From an uncultured delta proteobacterium (GTDB taxonomy: Bacteria > Myxococcota_A > Polyangia > Fen-1088): a DNA stretch of 64,000 bases. Location: positions 448,001-512,000 of the forward strand of contig CAVYGB010000010.1 in the NCBI GenBank assembly GCA_963767925.1. The letters are read 5' to 3'. Of the stretch, positions 10,710 through 20,156 are shown one piece after another; positions within the stretch are counted from its first letter, which is position 1, and each line of letters begins with the position of its first letter. Made by a program: the position numbers and the translations under genes. The notes beneath the pieces were generated by a model. That model was not told where the DNA came from. It ran no database searches and saw only the letters and a program-made list of their open reading frames with translations.

Positions 10710-11531
10710 TCAGATCGTCGAGTAGGGCCTTGGCGCCAGGAACCGGGCGGTGTTCTTGGACGTCGAGTCCGCGTACTGGGGGAGACCCTTCATCTTCGTC
10801 CAGCGCGGATCGGGGCCGAACTTCTTCCAGGCGTCGAGGTGGGCGGCGAGATCGGGGCCCGACGTGATGTAGCGCAGGTGCGGCAGGTTCGGGCCGGAGA
10901 GGGCCTGTCCAAAGAGGAGGGGTGAGAGGCCGAGATCCCGCATGATCTCGATCTCGCCGTCGTCGAACATCGCCATCTTGGCCAGGGCCTTCAGCTCGCT
11001 GTGGCTCTCGTAGTCGCGCATCTCGAACACCCGGGTGGGGACCCGCTTCTTCGAGAAGTCGGGCAGGGTCATCGCCGGATGCCCCTTGAAGGCCAGCAGC
11101 AGCCAGGAGTCGATGCGCTCGAACGCCGGGGCAGACTTCGGAGCCTGGAGATATTCGACACCGCCCTTCTGCACGGCCGGATCCGCGTTGAGATCGGCGC
11201 TGACGGCCACGAAGGACTCGAAGCTGGCGTGGGGGACCAGCACCCAGACCGGCGAGTCCGGCTTCGCCACGCTGGTCTGGTCGGTCTTGTCGACCTCCAG
11301 CTCGGTGAACACGCCAACCGAGGCGATGCCCCGCTTCCGGAGCGCCGGCAGGAACGCCTTCTCGAAGTACCCGTCGAGCAGGGAGGTCGCCGTTCCGGGC
11401 TTCAGGCGGTAACTCCGAAGCTCGTAGTACTGGCGCTTGGCGCGGGCCGCCACGGCCGGAGCCGGGGAGACAGCGGTGACGGCCGATGCGGCCAGGGAGG
11501 ATGTCAGAAACGCGCGGCGAGAGCTGTTCAT
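10710..11531 (-). CDS. Tat-exported two-domain NIPSNAP family protein
   Basis: SRRAFL; YYELRSY, VFEMRDYESHSE, GPNLPHL.Y and LAPRPYSTI. Confidence 0.88.
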   Translation of the reverse strand: MNSSRRAFLTSSLAASAVTAVSPAPAVAARAKRQYYELRSYRLKPGTATSLLDGYFEKAFLPALRKRGIASVGVFTELEVDKTDQTSVAKPDSPVWVLVPHASFESFVAVSADLNADPAVQKGGVEYLQAPKSAPAFERIDSWLLLAFKGHPAMTLPDFSKKRVPTRVFEMRDYESHSELKALAKMAMFDDGEIEIMRDLGLSPLLFGQALSGPNLPHLRYITSGPDLAAHLDAWKKFGPDPRWTKMKGLPQYADSTSKNTARFLAPRPYSTI

Positions 11532-11755
11532 GGTGTCCAACCGGAAGCGAAGATACAGCAAATCTGGCTTGGTGGAGCGTGCTCGAGAGCAGGCGTGCGT
11601 GGCCCTCCCTTCCTTCGACCCCCGCTCGAAGGAGCGAAGCGAGCGAGTCCGTCCTGCCGCAACAGCGTGAACAGCCGAGGGCGCGCCCGGTCCCGGAATG
11701 ACTGTTCCTGGACCGGGAGGGCGCCGAAACGCCGGCGCCCCCTCTCCTTCGTGGG

Positions 11756-12241
11756 CTAGCAGCCCTCGTGGGCCCGCTTGATCACGGCGATGTCGATCTT
11801 GGTCATCTTGAACATGGCTTCGGCGACGCGCCTGGCTTTGGTCTTGTCCTTGTCGCGCATCAGGGTGGTCAGGACGTCGGGCTGGATTTGCCAGGAGAGG
11901 CCCCAGCGGTCCTTCAGCCAGCCGCACCGGGAGGGCTCACCGCCGTTGGCGATCAGCTTGTCCCAGAGGTGGTCCACCTCCTCCTGGGTGTCGCAGTGGA
12001 CGTACATCGAGAACGCTTCGGTGAAGGTGATGCTGGGGCCGCCGTTCATGGCGATTACCTCCACACCATCGAGCTCGAAGATCACGAGGGTGGGCTTTCC
12101 GGAGGCGGCGTCGTCGATGCCCGACAGGCGCACCACCTCCGTGACCTTCGAGTTCGGGAACAGCGAGACGTAGAAGTTGGCGGCCTCTTCGGCCTGGTCG
12201 TTGAACCACAGGAACGGAGAGATCTTCTGCTTGGTGGACAT
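11756..12241 (-). CDS. VOC family protein (PhnB / 3-demethylubiquinone-9 3-methyltransferase-like)
   Basis: QKISPFLWFNDQAEEAANFY, CGWLKDRWGLSWQ, M.KIDI. Confidence 0.93.
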   Translation of the reverse strand: MSTKQKISPFLWFNDQAEEAANFYVSLFPNSKVTEVVRLSGIDDAASGKPTLVIFELDGVEVIAMNGGPSITFTEAFSMYVHCDTQEEVDHLWDKLIANGGEPSRCGWLKDRWGLSWQIQPDVLTTLMRDKDKTKARRVAEAMFKMTKIDIAVIKRAHEGC

Positions 12242-12571
12242 CGGTGAGCTCCTCTTCTGCCGATGGGTCGGAGCCGCGCTCCGGTCCTCGACATGAAAAA
12301 GAACTGAATCACCACGCTGACGTACGGCGCGTCAGGGTCTCGCCGCCCACGTCTCGTGGGCGGTCCGAGCCCGAGCCGATCATTTTCGCCTCGTGGCGTC
12401 GCGAGCTCGGTGGAGCTGGCCCCCGTTGCGGCACACCCGCGGCTGCCCGGGCGCTGTGGCCCCCCTTCGCCGGCGCCCGAAAAAGATCGATCACCGGGCT
12501 GTCGATCCCGGCGACGGCCGATCGTCGTCCCTGCAAGCAGGCGGGTCGATGAGATTCGCCGGGTTCGACGG

Positions 12572-13390
12572 ATGCCGTCGCGCAACAACATCGGGCTGAC
12601 CTCGACCGACGGGGTGACCTGGCAGCAACGACCGCTTGGCGAGTCGGTCCACGCGCGGGCGCTCGCGGCCGGCAACGGCGTTGTCGTCGCGGTGGGGCAG
12701 CGGTTCGGGGCGGGGACCCGGGGGACCATCCTGACCAGCGGGGACGCCGGCCAGAGCTGGACCGAGCAGCCCGCCCCGGAGGTGGGCCTGATGTCGGTCT
12801 CGTTCGTCGAGGGGCACTTCTGGGCGTTCGGCGAGCGGGGGGCGTTCTTCAAGTCTCGCGATGGGCGGACCTGGGAGGACCTCTCCCGCCCCGGTTACGT
12901 ACAGCTCAACGCCATCGCCTTCGGCCTGGGGCGGTACGTGATCGTCGGAAATGTCTCCTGGCTCGCTTCGGACGACGGCCGCACCTGGACCGAGCACCGG
13001 ACCATCTGCGACGACATCGCCCTCTGCCCCGGCGTCCTCCCCCCCGGTGGCTCGCCGCCCGGCGCCCTGGCGCTGTTCTCCCTCCTGTTCGGCGACGGCG
13101 CCTTCGTGACCGACGGGTGGGTCTCCAACGACGGCCGCCGCTTCACCCGGGCTCCCGACGCCACCGGCGCAGGCGTCTTCAGCCACGGCCGCTTCCTCGC
13201 CCGCCGGAACGACGGCGCGGTGGTTGTCTCCGACGACGGCCGGACGTGGACCCCCCGCACCACCGCCGCCGTGAGCGACGATCGCACGCTGTCCTGCGCA
13301 GCCCGCACCTGCATCGCCGTCGGGAGCGGCCTCCTCATCGTTCCCGCGCCGAGCGATCCGCCCCCCCTGCCCCGCCTGGATCCGCTGCAG
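12572..13390 (+). pseudogene. BNR/Asp-box repeat beta-propeller protein, truncated and fused to the next gene
   Basis: Repeated S.DG.TW Asp boxes; no own stop codon, and the frame degenerates at about 13390. Confidence 0.7.
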
Positions 13391-15341
13391 GTCGGTGGCA
13401 GAGGCCCTGGCCGACGTGCCGGGGCTGTACGTGCTGGACGACCACCTGCAGCCGGCTCTCTCGGTCCGGGGGGTCGACGGCGGGCTGCGGGCCAGCACCC
13501 GACTGGTCAAGGTCATGATCAACGGCGTGCCGGTGCACTTCCGGCCCGACCTGAGCGCCTTCATCGGCCCCGAATACATCCCCATGCCGGCGGTGGAGCG
13601 CATCGAGGTGGTGCTGGGACCCCTCTCCGCGCTCTATGGGGCCAACGCCTTCATCGCCACGGTCAACGTCATCACCATCATGCCGAGGCGATCGTCGGGG
13701 ACGCTCGCGCTGCACGCCAACCAGGTGGAGGGACACCTGGGCGGCGGCCTCTCGGGCGTGGCCAGCGCCATCGGCGACGACCTCGGGGCCACGCTGGGGT
13801 TCTCCTTCGAGCGCAGCGATCGCTCGGGGCTGGCGCCATCCCGCACCTTCGACGGACAGCGGGCCGAGCCCGCGCGCTACGACGCCCTGCTGGCCGGCCG
13901 CAGCCGGCAGGACACGGCCAGCCCCCTCAGCCTGTTTCTGCGGGCCTGGGCCGGTCACCCCGACAGCGACAGGGGCCAGCTCACGCTGCAGGCGGGCCTG
14001 CAGCGGCTGGACCGAGGGGCCGAGTTCCAGGTCAACTCCGCCCTCACCGGCCAGAGCCGGGTGGCGCTCGACAACCTCTGGTCGCACCTCGGCTACCAGC
14101 GGCGCTTCTCCCAGCGCGACGAGCTGACGCTCGACCTGGGCTTCTCCGGCGGAGGGCCTCGCGAGCGGAGCCGGCTCTACCTGTTCAACAACGACGGAGC
14201 CCACTACCAGCCGCGCTTCGGCTACCGGGCCCTGTCCGGGGGGGCCGCCTTCACCAGCAAGCTGGCCGGCGAGCGGCTGACCTTGCGGGCGGCGGCCGAC
14301 GGGGAGGCCGACTGGGAAGACGTCCTCTTTTACCGGCAGACCTTCCTCCGGCAGCTCGGGCAACGCCGGGCCGGCGACCGCCTCGACCTGATCGGGGCCA
14401 GCGACCCCCGGCGCCGGCTGGTGAGCGAGCTGGGCCTGTCGATCCAGGCCCGCAGCAAGCCAGCCCCCGAGGCCCTGCCGGGGCTGGGCCTCAACGCCAA
14501 CCTGCGGGTGGACCACATGCGCTACGGCGACACGACCTTCCCCCTGCAGCCGAGCTGGCGCCTGGGGGCGGTCTACCGCTGGAGCGACGCGGTCGTGACA
14601 AAGCTCGTCGGCGGGCGAGCCTTCCAGACCCCTTCGCCGGTTCTGATGTTCGCCAAGGGCGGTTTCGGCGTCGGGAACAACGTGGTGGGAAACGCCGACC
14701 TGCAGGCCATCGACCTGGCCCGCCCGCTGCGCCCGCAGACGGTGACCGGGGCGGAGGCGGCCCTCAACCTGCGGCCCACGCCCACCAGCAACATCGACCT
14801 CAGCGTGTACCAGCAGACGCTGGACGATGCCATCACCTTCGCCCCCGCGGGCACCGACTTCGTGGCCCAGAACGAGACCAGCCGCCAGTCGGTGGGGCTG
14901 AGCGCCGCTGCCGACCTCCGCCACGGGCGCTGGCTGGCGGCGGGCAGCTTCGCCGCCACCTTTCGTTTCGTCGGCGGGCGCATCGGACGGCAGGCGCTCG
15001 AGCTGTTCCCCAAGTACACAGGGGCGCTCGAGCTGGGGATGGACCTGCCAGAGGCCTACCTGCGCATCGACGGCCACCTCCGCTGGGCGGGCGAGCGGGG
15101 GGCGTCCTCCAGCAACGTGCTCCGCAACAACCTCGTCCCCTACACCCTCCCCGCCTACACCCTCGTCGATCTCACCCTGCGCAGCACCGACCTCGCCTGG
15201 CCCACCCCGGCCGCCCGCCTCGGCCTCCTGTTCTCGGTGCGGAACCTGTTCGACCGACGCTACAGCGAGCCGGGCTTCGCCGGCCTCGACGTGCCCAGCC
15301 TGGGCCGCAGCTACCTGCTGACCCTTCAGCAGGCGCTCTGA
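13389..15341 (+). pseudogene. TonB-dependent receptor lacking signal peptide and plug start
   Basis: RSVAEALADVPGL, VERIEVVLGP.SALYGANA...VNVIT plug motifs; V.NLFD..Y barrel end; 5' part missing. Confidence 0.8.
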
Positions 15342-15404
15342 CAGCCGCTGCGCGCCAAGGGTGTCGTCGCCCACGGCCTGGAGATGTGAGCGCGCGTTCA
15401 CACT

Positions 15405-15803
15405 TCAAGGCTCGGAGCGGCCCTTGCCTTCGCGGTCCTTTTGATAGTGGCGGGCGAGGTCGAACGGGGGCAGCCAGGCCTCGCGCCGGATGACCCAGAG
15501 CTCGTAGGTCGGCCGGAACTGGCTGGGCGCATCGAGGCTGCCGAGATTGACCTCGATCTCGTCGCCGCTGCGCCCGAACAGCGAAGAGCCGCAAGCGGGA
15601 CAGAAGTGCCGGTTCCGATATTCCGCCGTCGCGCCGCTGATCGTGACCGCATCGACCGGGAAGATCGCGGAGGCGTGGAACAAAGCACCGTGATGCTTGC
15701 GGCAATCGAGGCAATGGCAGATGCCCACCCGATACGGCGCGCCGGAGAGGGCGAGGCGAACCGCGCCGCACAGGCAACCTCCAGCAAGATTCGTGTCGCT
15801 CAT
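15405..15803 (-). CDS. GFA family Zn-binding protein
   Basis: GGCLCGAVR, CHCLDCRK, FCPACGSSLF. Confidence 0.92.
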   Translation of the reverse strand: MSDTNLAGGCLCGAVRLALSGAPYRVGICHCLDCRKHHGALFHASAIFPVDAVTISGATAEYRNRHFCPACGSSLFGRSGDEIEVNLGSLDAPSQFRPTYELWVIRREAWLPPFDLARHYQKDREGKGRSEP

Positions 15804-15819
15804 GGTTCCCCCGATGAAT

Positions 15820-15837
15820 CTGGTCCCCTGGGACCAG
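15820..15837. repeat. Collapsed palindromic element CTGGTCCC-CT-GGGACCAG resembling the termini of element B
   Basis: Perfect 8-bp arms; matches element B ends with both CTAG changed to CTGG/CCAG. Confidence 0.6.
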
Positions 15838-15997
15838 TGCACCGCAGTCGAAATAGCGTCAAGGATCCCCCGACAAGCCTGCGGCCCCGCGAGGCGCGAC
15901 GACGACGAATATCCGGCATATTCCGAGGAGGAGCAACGAAGCGGTGGCGCAGGATCGTCGGCGCAGCCTTGACGATATTTCGACTGCGGTGCACTAG
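15834..15997 (+). repeat. 164-bp palindromic element A (CCAG...CTAG), MITE/REPIN-like
   Basis: 31-bp terminal inverted repeats 15834-15864 and 15967-15997 with 2 mismatches; imperfect pairing continues to a core GAGGCGCGACGACGACGAATAT-N5-ATATTCCGAGGAGGAGCAACG. Confidence 0.85.
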
Positions 15998-16158
15998 TCC
16001 CCTGGAACGGTGATTTCTTGCATATCTCGCCGGTCCTCTTCGTCCCTGGCTGCGTTGCTCGTCGGTTAAATACGCCCGGTATTCGCCCTCCTCGCGCCTT
16101 GCCAGGAACGAAGATGCCTCGCCGACATATGCAAGCCTTCACCGTTCCAGGGGACTAG
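15994..16158 (-). repeat. 165-bp palindromic element B (CTAG...CTAG), same core as A in opposite orientation
   Basis: Perfect 20-bp terminal inverted repeats 15994-16013 and 16139-16158; minus-strand core AAGGCGCGAGGAGGGCGAATAC-N5-GTATTTAACCGACGAGCAACG. Confidence 0.85.
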
Positions 16159-16217
16159 CAAGCGGACCGCCTTCGTGAAAAATGTCCTCGTCAAGATGCG
16201 CACCCACCCGGGATGAG

Positions 16218-17612
16218 CTACCCCCGCAGGGGCAGCGTCAGGATCGCGCCGCCGATGCGGTCTTGCCAGAAGGCGCGTTCGTCGGGGCGGTGGGTGACCA
16301 TCAGGACGGTGCTCCTCTGCTGGGTGCACAGCGACTCGACCAGGTCGAGGACGCGGTGGCGGTTGTCGGCGTCGAGCCCCGAGGTCGGCTCGTCCAGGGC
16401 GACCAGCGGGGGGACCTTGATGGCGGCGCGCGCGATGAGCACCAGGCGTTGCTGGCCGAAAGACAGCTCGCGGAAGGCGGCGCCGGGCGCCAGGTCGAGC
16501 TCGAGCCAGGCCAGCCAGGCGCGCGCCCGGGCCCGGTCGGTGGGGGTGGGCGGCTGGTAGACGCCGATGCTGTCGTAAAGTCCGCTCAGCAGCACCTCTT
16601 CGACGGTGCCCCCGACCCGGTAGTCGCGGTGCAAGCGGGTGGAGACGAGGCCGACGTTCTTCTTGATGTCCCAGACCGTCTCGCCGCTGCCCCGCCGCCA
16701 GCCAAATAGGTGCAAGTCGTTGCTGTACCCCTGCGGGTGGTCGCCGGTGATCATCTCCAGCAAGGTCGACTTGCCCGAGCCGTTGGGCCCTTCGATCAAC
16801 GTGTGTTGCCCGGCCGAGACGCTGAAATCGAGCCCGTCGAGGACCACCTGTTCACCGTAGGCCACGTGCCCTGCGGCCAGCCGCACCAGCGGCACGCCGG
16901 GAGCGAGCGGCTCGTACCAGCTCCCGAGATGCACGGGCGGCGGCGTTCGGGGCGGCGGACCCTGCGAGGCGCGGGCAAGAAGCGCCTCCGGTGTGCCGTG
17001 AAAGATCAGCCGCCGCTCGGCGACGACCGCCACCGCCTGCAGCGCTCCCGCCGCGAACGGCAGGTCCCGGGCGCTGAAGGTGCCGACCACCAGGACGGGC
17101 AGCCGCTCCGCCACCTGCCCGATGGCCTGGGCCAGCTCCCCATGAGCCGCCCGGTCGAGACCGTCGAACGGGTCGTCGAGGATCAGCAGGGAGGGGGCGC
17201 GCAGCACGGCCTCCAGCAGCAAGACCTTGCGCGCCTCCCCGGTGGAGAGCTGGCGGTAGCGTCGCTGCCACAGCGGCTCGAGTCGAAAGGCCAGGAAGAG
17301 CGGATGGCGCCGCCCCGGCTCGCCCAGCAGGTCGCCCACGGTGCTGCTGGTGTCGACCCCCTGATTGAAGTTGCTCTCGTCCGCCGCGAGCTGGGCTTCG
17401 TAGAAGGCCTGCTGGGATTCGGCCGAGAGCAGCCAGGATCCCGCCACGCGCGCCCCGAGCGCGCGCGCAGCGGTCGACTTACCCGACCCGTTGGGGCCGG
17501 TGAGCAGGGTCAGCCCGGGCCCCGCGAGCGTGCCCTGCAGCCGGGAGAGCCGGTCATCGGGGTCACCCACGGCGAACGATCTCTCCTCGAAGGCGGCGCC
17601 GAGCCGGCTCAG
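16218..17612 (-). CDS. modF: ModF-like ABC ATPase with two nucleotide-binding domains
   Basis: Two GPNGSGKST Walker A motifs, [49 protein letters not shown]; start uncertain. Confidence 0.85.
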   Translation of the reverse strand: MSRLGAAFEERSFAVGDPDDRLSRLQGTLAGPGLTLLTGPNGSGKSTAARALGARVAGSWLLSAESQQAFYEAQLAADESNFNQGVDTSSTVGDLLGEPGRRHPLFLAFRLEPLWQRRYRQLSTGEARKVLLLEAVLRAPSLLILDDPFDGLDRAAHGELAQAIGQVAERLPVLVVGTFSARDLPFAAGALQAVAVVAERRLIFHGTPEALLARASQGPPPRTPPPVHLGSWYEPLAPGVPLVRLAAGHVAYGEQVVLDGLDFSVSAGQHTLIEGPNGSGKSTLLEMITGDHPQGYSNDLHLFGWRRGSGETVWDIKKNVGLVSTRLHRDYRVGGTVEEVLLSGLYDSIGVYQPPTPTDRARARAWLAWLELDLAPGAAFRELSFGQQRLVLIARAAIKVPPLVALDEPTSGLDADNRHRVLDLVESLCTQQRSTVLMVTHRPDERAFWQDRIGGAILTLPLRG

Positions 17613-19097
17613 CCGCCGACGGAGATCTGCTTCATCGCCGTCATGTAGCCGCGCAAGGTGGCGCCGATCTTCTCGACCGGGTGGCCCTCGACGGCCTGGT
17701 TGACGGCCAGCAGCCGGCGGTTGTCGACCTGCTGGACGCCGGGGGCGAAGGGCTTGCCGATCACCTCGGCCTGCTGCTTGCTCATGAACTCCCTCAGCAG
17801 CGGGACCGCGGCGTGGCTGTACAGGTAGCAGCCATATTCGGCGGTGTCGCTGATGACCTTGTTCATCTCGTACAGCTTCTTGCGCGAGATCAGGTTCGCG
17901 ATGAGCGGCGTCTCGTGCAGGGACTCGTAGTAGGCCGACTCGGGCTTCATGCCCACCTCGACCATGCACTCGAAGGCCAGCTCGACGCCGGCCTTGACCA
18001 TGGCGACCATCAACACGGCGTTGTCGTAGTACTCCTGCTCGCTGATCTTGGCCGGGCCAGCCGCGGTCCGCTCGAAGGCGGTGTCGTTGGTGGCCGCGCG
18101 CCAGCCGAGCAGGTTCGGATCGCCGGCGTCCCAGTCCTTCATCATCGTGGTGCTGAAGGAGCCGGTGATGATGTCGTCCTGGTGCTTCTCGAAGAGCGGA
18201 CGCAGGATGCCCCGCAGCTCCTCGGCCAGCTCGAAGGCCTTGATCTTGGCCGGGTTGCTCAGGCGGTCCATCATCAGCGTGATGCCGCCCTGCTTGAGCG
18301 ACTCGGTGATGGTCTCCCAGCCGTACTGGACCAGCTTGCTGGCGTAGCCGGCGTCGATGCCCAGCGCCACCATGCGGTCGAAGCACAGGATCGACCCGGT
18401 CTGCAGCATGCCGCACAGGATGGTCTGCTCGCCCATCAGGTCGCTCTTCACCTCGGCGATGAAGCTCGACTCGAGCACACCGGCCCGGTCGGCGCCGGTC
18501 CCCGCCGCGTAGGCCTTGGCGATCTCCAGGCCGTCGCCGTTCGGATCGTTCTCCCGGTGCACGGCGATCAGGGTGGGCACGCCGAAGCCCCGCTTGTACT
18601 CCTCGCGCACCTCGGTGCCGGGGCACTTGGGCGCCACCATCACCACGGTCAGGTCCTTGCGGATCTGCTGACCCTCCTCGACGATGTTGAAGCCGTGGCT
18701 GTAGGCCAGGCAGGCGCCCTTCTTCATCAGCGGCATCACCTTCGACACGACGTCGGCGTGCTGCTTGTCGGGGGCCAGGTTACAGACCAGGTCGGCGGTG
18801 GGGATGAGCTGCTCGTAGGTGCCCACCTTGAAGCCGTTGTTGCTGGCGTTCTGTGAAGCTCACTCGCTTCTGCTCGATGGCGTCCGCCCGCAGCGCATAG
18901 CTGACGTCCAGGCCCGAGTCGCGCATGTTGAGCCCCTGGTTCAGCCCCTGGGCGCCGCAACCGACGATGACGACCTTCTTGCCCCGCAGCTTCTCGACGC
19001 CGTTGCTGAACTCGCCGCGGTCCATGAAGCGGCAGCGGCCGAGCTGATCCAGCTTCTGCGCCATGTTGAGGGTGTTGAAGTAGTTCTGTCGGGCCAT
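17609..19097 (-). CDS. ilvC: Ketol-acid reductoisomerase, long (class II) form, +1 frameshift near 18854
   Basis: NYFNTLN...[62 protein letters not shown]; an extra A in TTC-A-CAG-AAC breaks the frame. Confidence 0.93.
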
Positions 19098-19212
19098 GTG
19101 CTGTGCTCCTCGTGGTTCGTGATGCCGACGGGGCATCGCCTGGGCTGAGGAGGATAGATCGCCGGGGGCGCCGGGCCAACGTTGCGCCCACACCTATTTC
19201 CGATAGTCTGAA

Positions 19213-19227
19213 TTGCGGAAATCGCAA
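19213..19227. promoter_or_regulatory. Putative IlvY/LysR operator TTGCG-GAAAT-CGCAA
   Basis: Perfect dyad containing T-N11-A between divergent ilvC and ilvY; resembles the TTGCA-N5-TGCAA IlvY operator. Confidence 0.75.
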
Positions 19228-19228
19228 C

Positions 19229-20128
19229 ATGGCCACCTCGTCGCGTCAGGAGCTCAGCCTTTTCCTGCACTTGGCGGACAGCCTGCACTTCGCACGCACC
19301 GCGAAGGCCCTGCACATGAGCCCCTCGGCCCTGACCCGGTCGATCCAGCGGCTCGAGGAGGAGCTCGGCCACCCCCTCTTCCAGCGGAGCAAACGCCGCG
19401 TCGTCCTGACCCGGGCCGGCGAGATCTTCCGCGAACACGCCCGGACCCAGCAGGCCGCCCACGCCCGCCTTGTCGAGGCCCTGGGCACGGAAGCGCAGGC
19501 CCCGACCGGCGAGCTGCGGATCGCCTGCACCGTGACCGCCTGCCACTCCGTCCTGCCCCGCCTCCTCGCCCGCTTCCGCGAGCGATACCCCGGCATCCAC
19601 CTGCAGCTCATGACCTCGGACGCCGCCCGCTGCCTGCAGGCCCTCGAGTCCGACGAGGTCGACCTGGCGGTGGTGCCCGAGCCCGACCGCCCCGCCGCCG
19701 AGCTCCGCTTCGTCCGCCTGGCCCACACCGACCTCGCCTTCATCGCCCCCGCCTCCGACCCCGACCTCGCCCGCCGCGCCCGCCAGGGCGGCAGCCACTG
19801 GGACGGCCTGCCCACCATCCTCCCCCGCCGCGGCCTCGAGCGACAACGCATCGACGCCTGGCTCGCACAACAGGCCGCCCGCCCCGAGATCTACGCCGAG
19901 GTCGACGGCAACGAGGCCATCCTCGCCCTGGTCGCCCTCGGCTGCGGCGTCGGCATCGTCCCCGAGCTGGTCCGCAAGGACAGCCCCCTCCGCAGCCGCA
20001 TCGAACAGGTCGAAGTCAAGCGCCCCCCGCGGGGCTACCACGTCTCGCTGTGCGCGAAGACCCGCACCCTGGCCCGGCGGACGGTGAGCGCGCTCTGGGA
20101 GCTGGCGCCGACGACGGCGTCGCCCTGA
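19229..20128 (+). CDS. ilvY: LysR-type regulator IlvY
   Basis: LFLHLADSLHF.RTA..HMSPS.L.R.IQRLEEELG, GEL.I.C.VTA.HS, IYAEV.G.EAI...VALGCGVGIVP; divergent from ilvC. Confidence 0.9.
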   Translation: MATSSRQELSLFLHLADSLHFARTAKALHMSPSALTRSIQRLEEELGHPLFQRSKRRVVLTRAGEIFREHARTQQAAHARLVEALGTEAQAPTGELRIACTVTACHSVLPRLLARFRERYPGIHLQLMTSDAARCLQALESDEVDLAVVPEPDRPAAELRFVRLAHTDLAFIAPASDPDLARRARQGGSHWDGLPTILPRRGLERQRIDAWLAQQAARPEIYAEVDGNEAILALVALGCGVGIVPELVRKDSPLRSRIEQVEVKRPPRGYHVSLCAKTRTLARRTVSALWELAPTTASP

Positions 20129-20156
20129 CGAAGTCGGGGCTCAGGACCCTGGGCTG

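Noticed and set aside
12356..15493. 1045-aa ORF as a single protein
   Set aside because: After about 13390 it is an off-frame shadow of the TonB receptor (R/P/G/A-rich).
15405..16142. 245-aa ORF extending the GFA gene through the palindromic elements
   Set aside because: GFA homology starts at ATG 15803; the upstream extension is read-through of non-coding hairpins.
15820..16158. CRISPR array or integron attC cassette array
   Set aside because: No direct repeats with spacers, no RYYYAAC/GTTRRRY boxes, no cassette ORFs between units, and no cas or intI genes.
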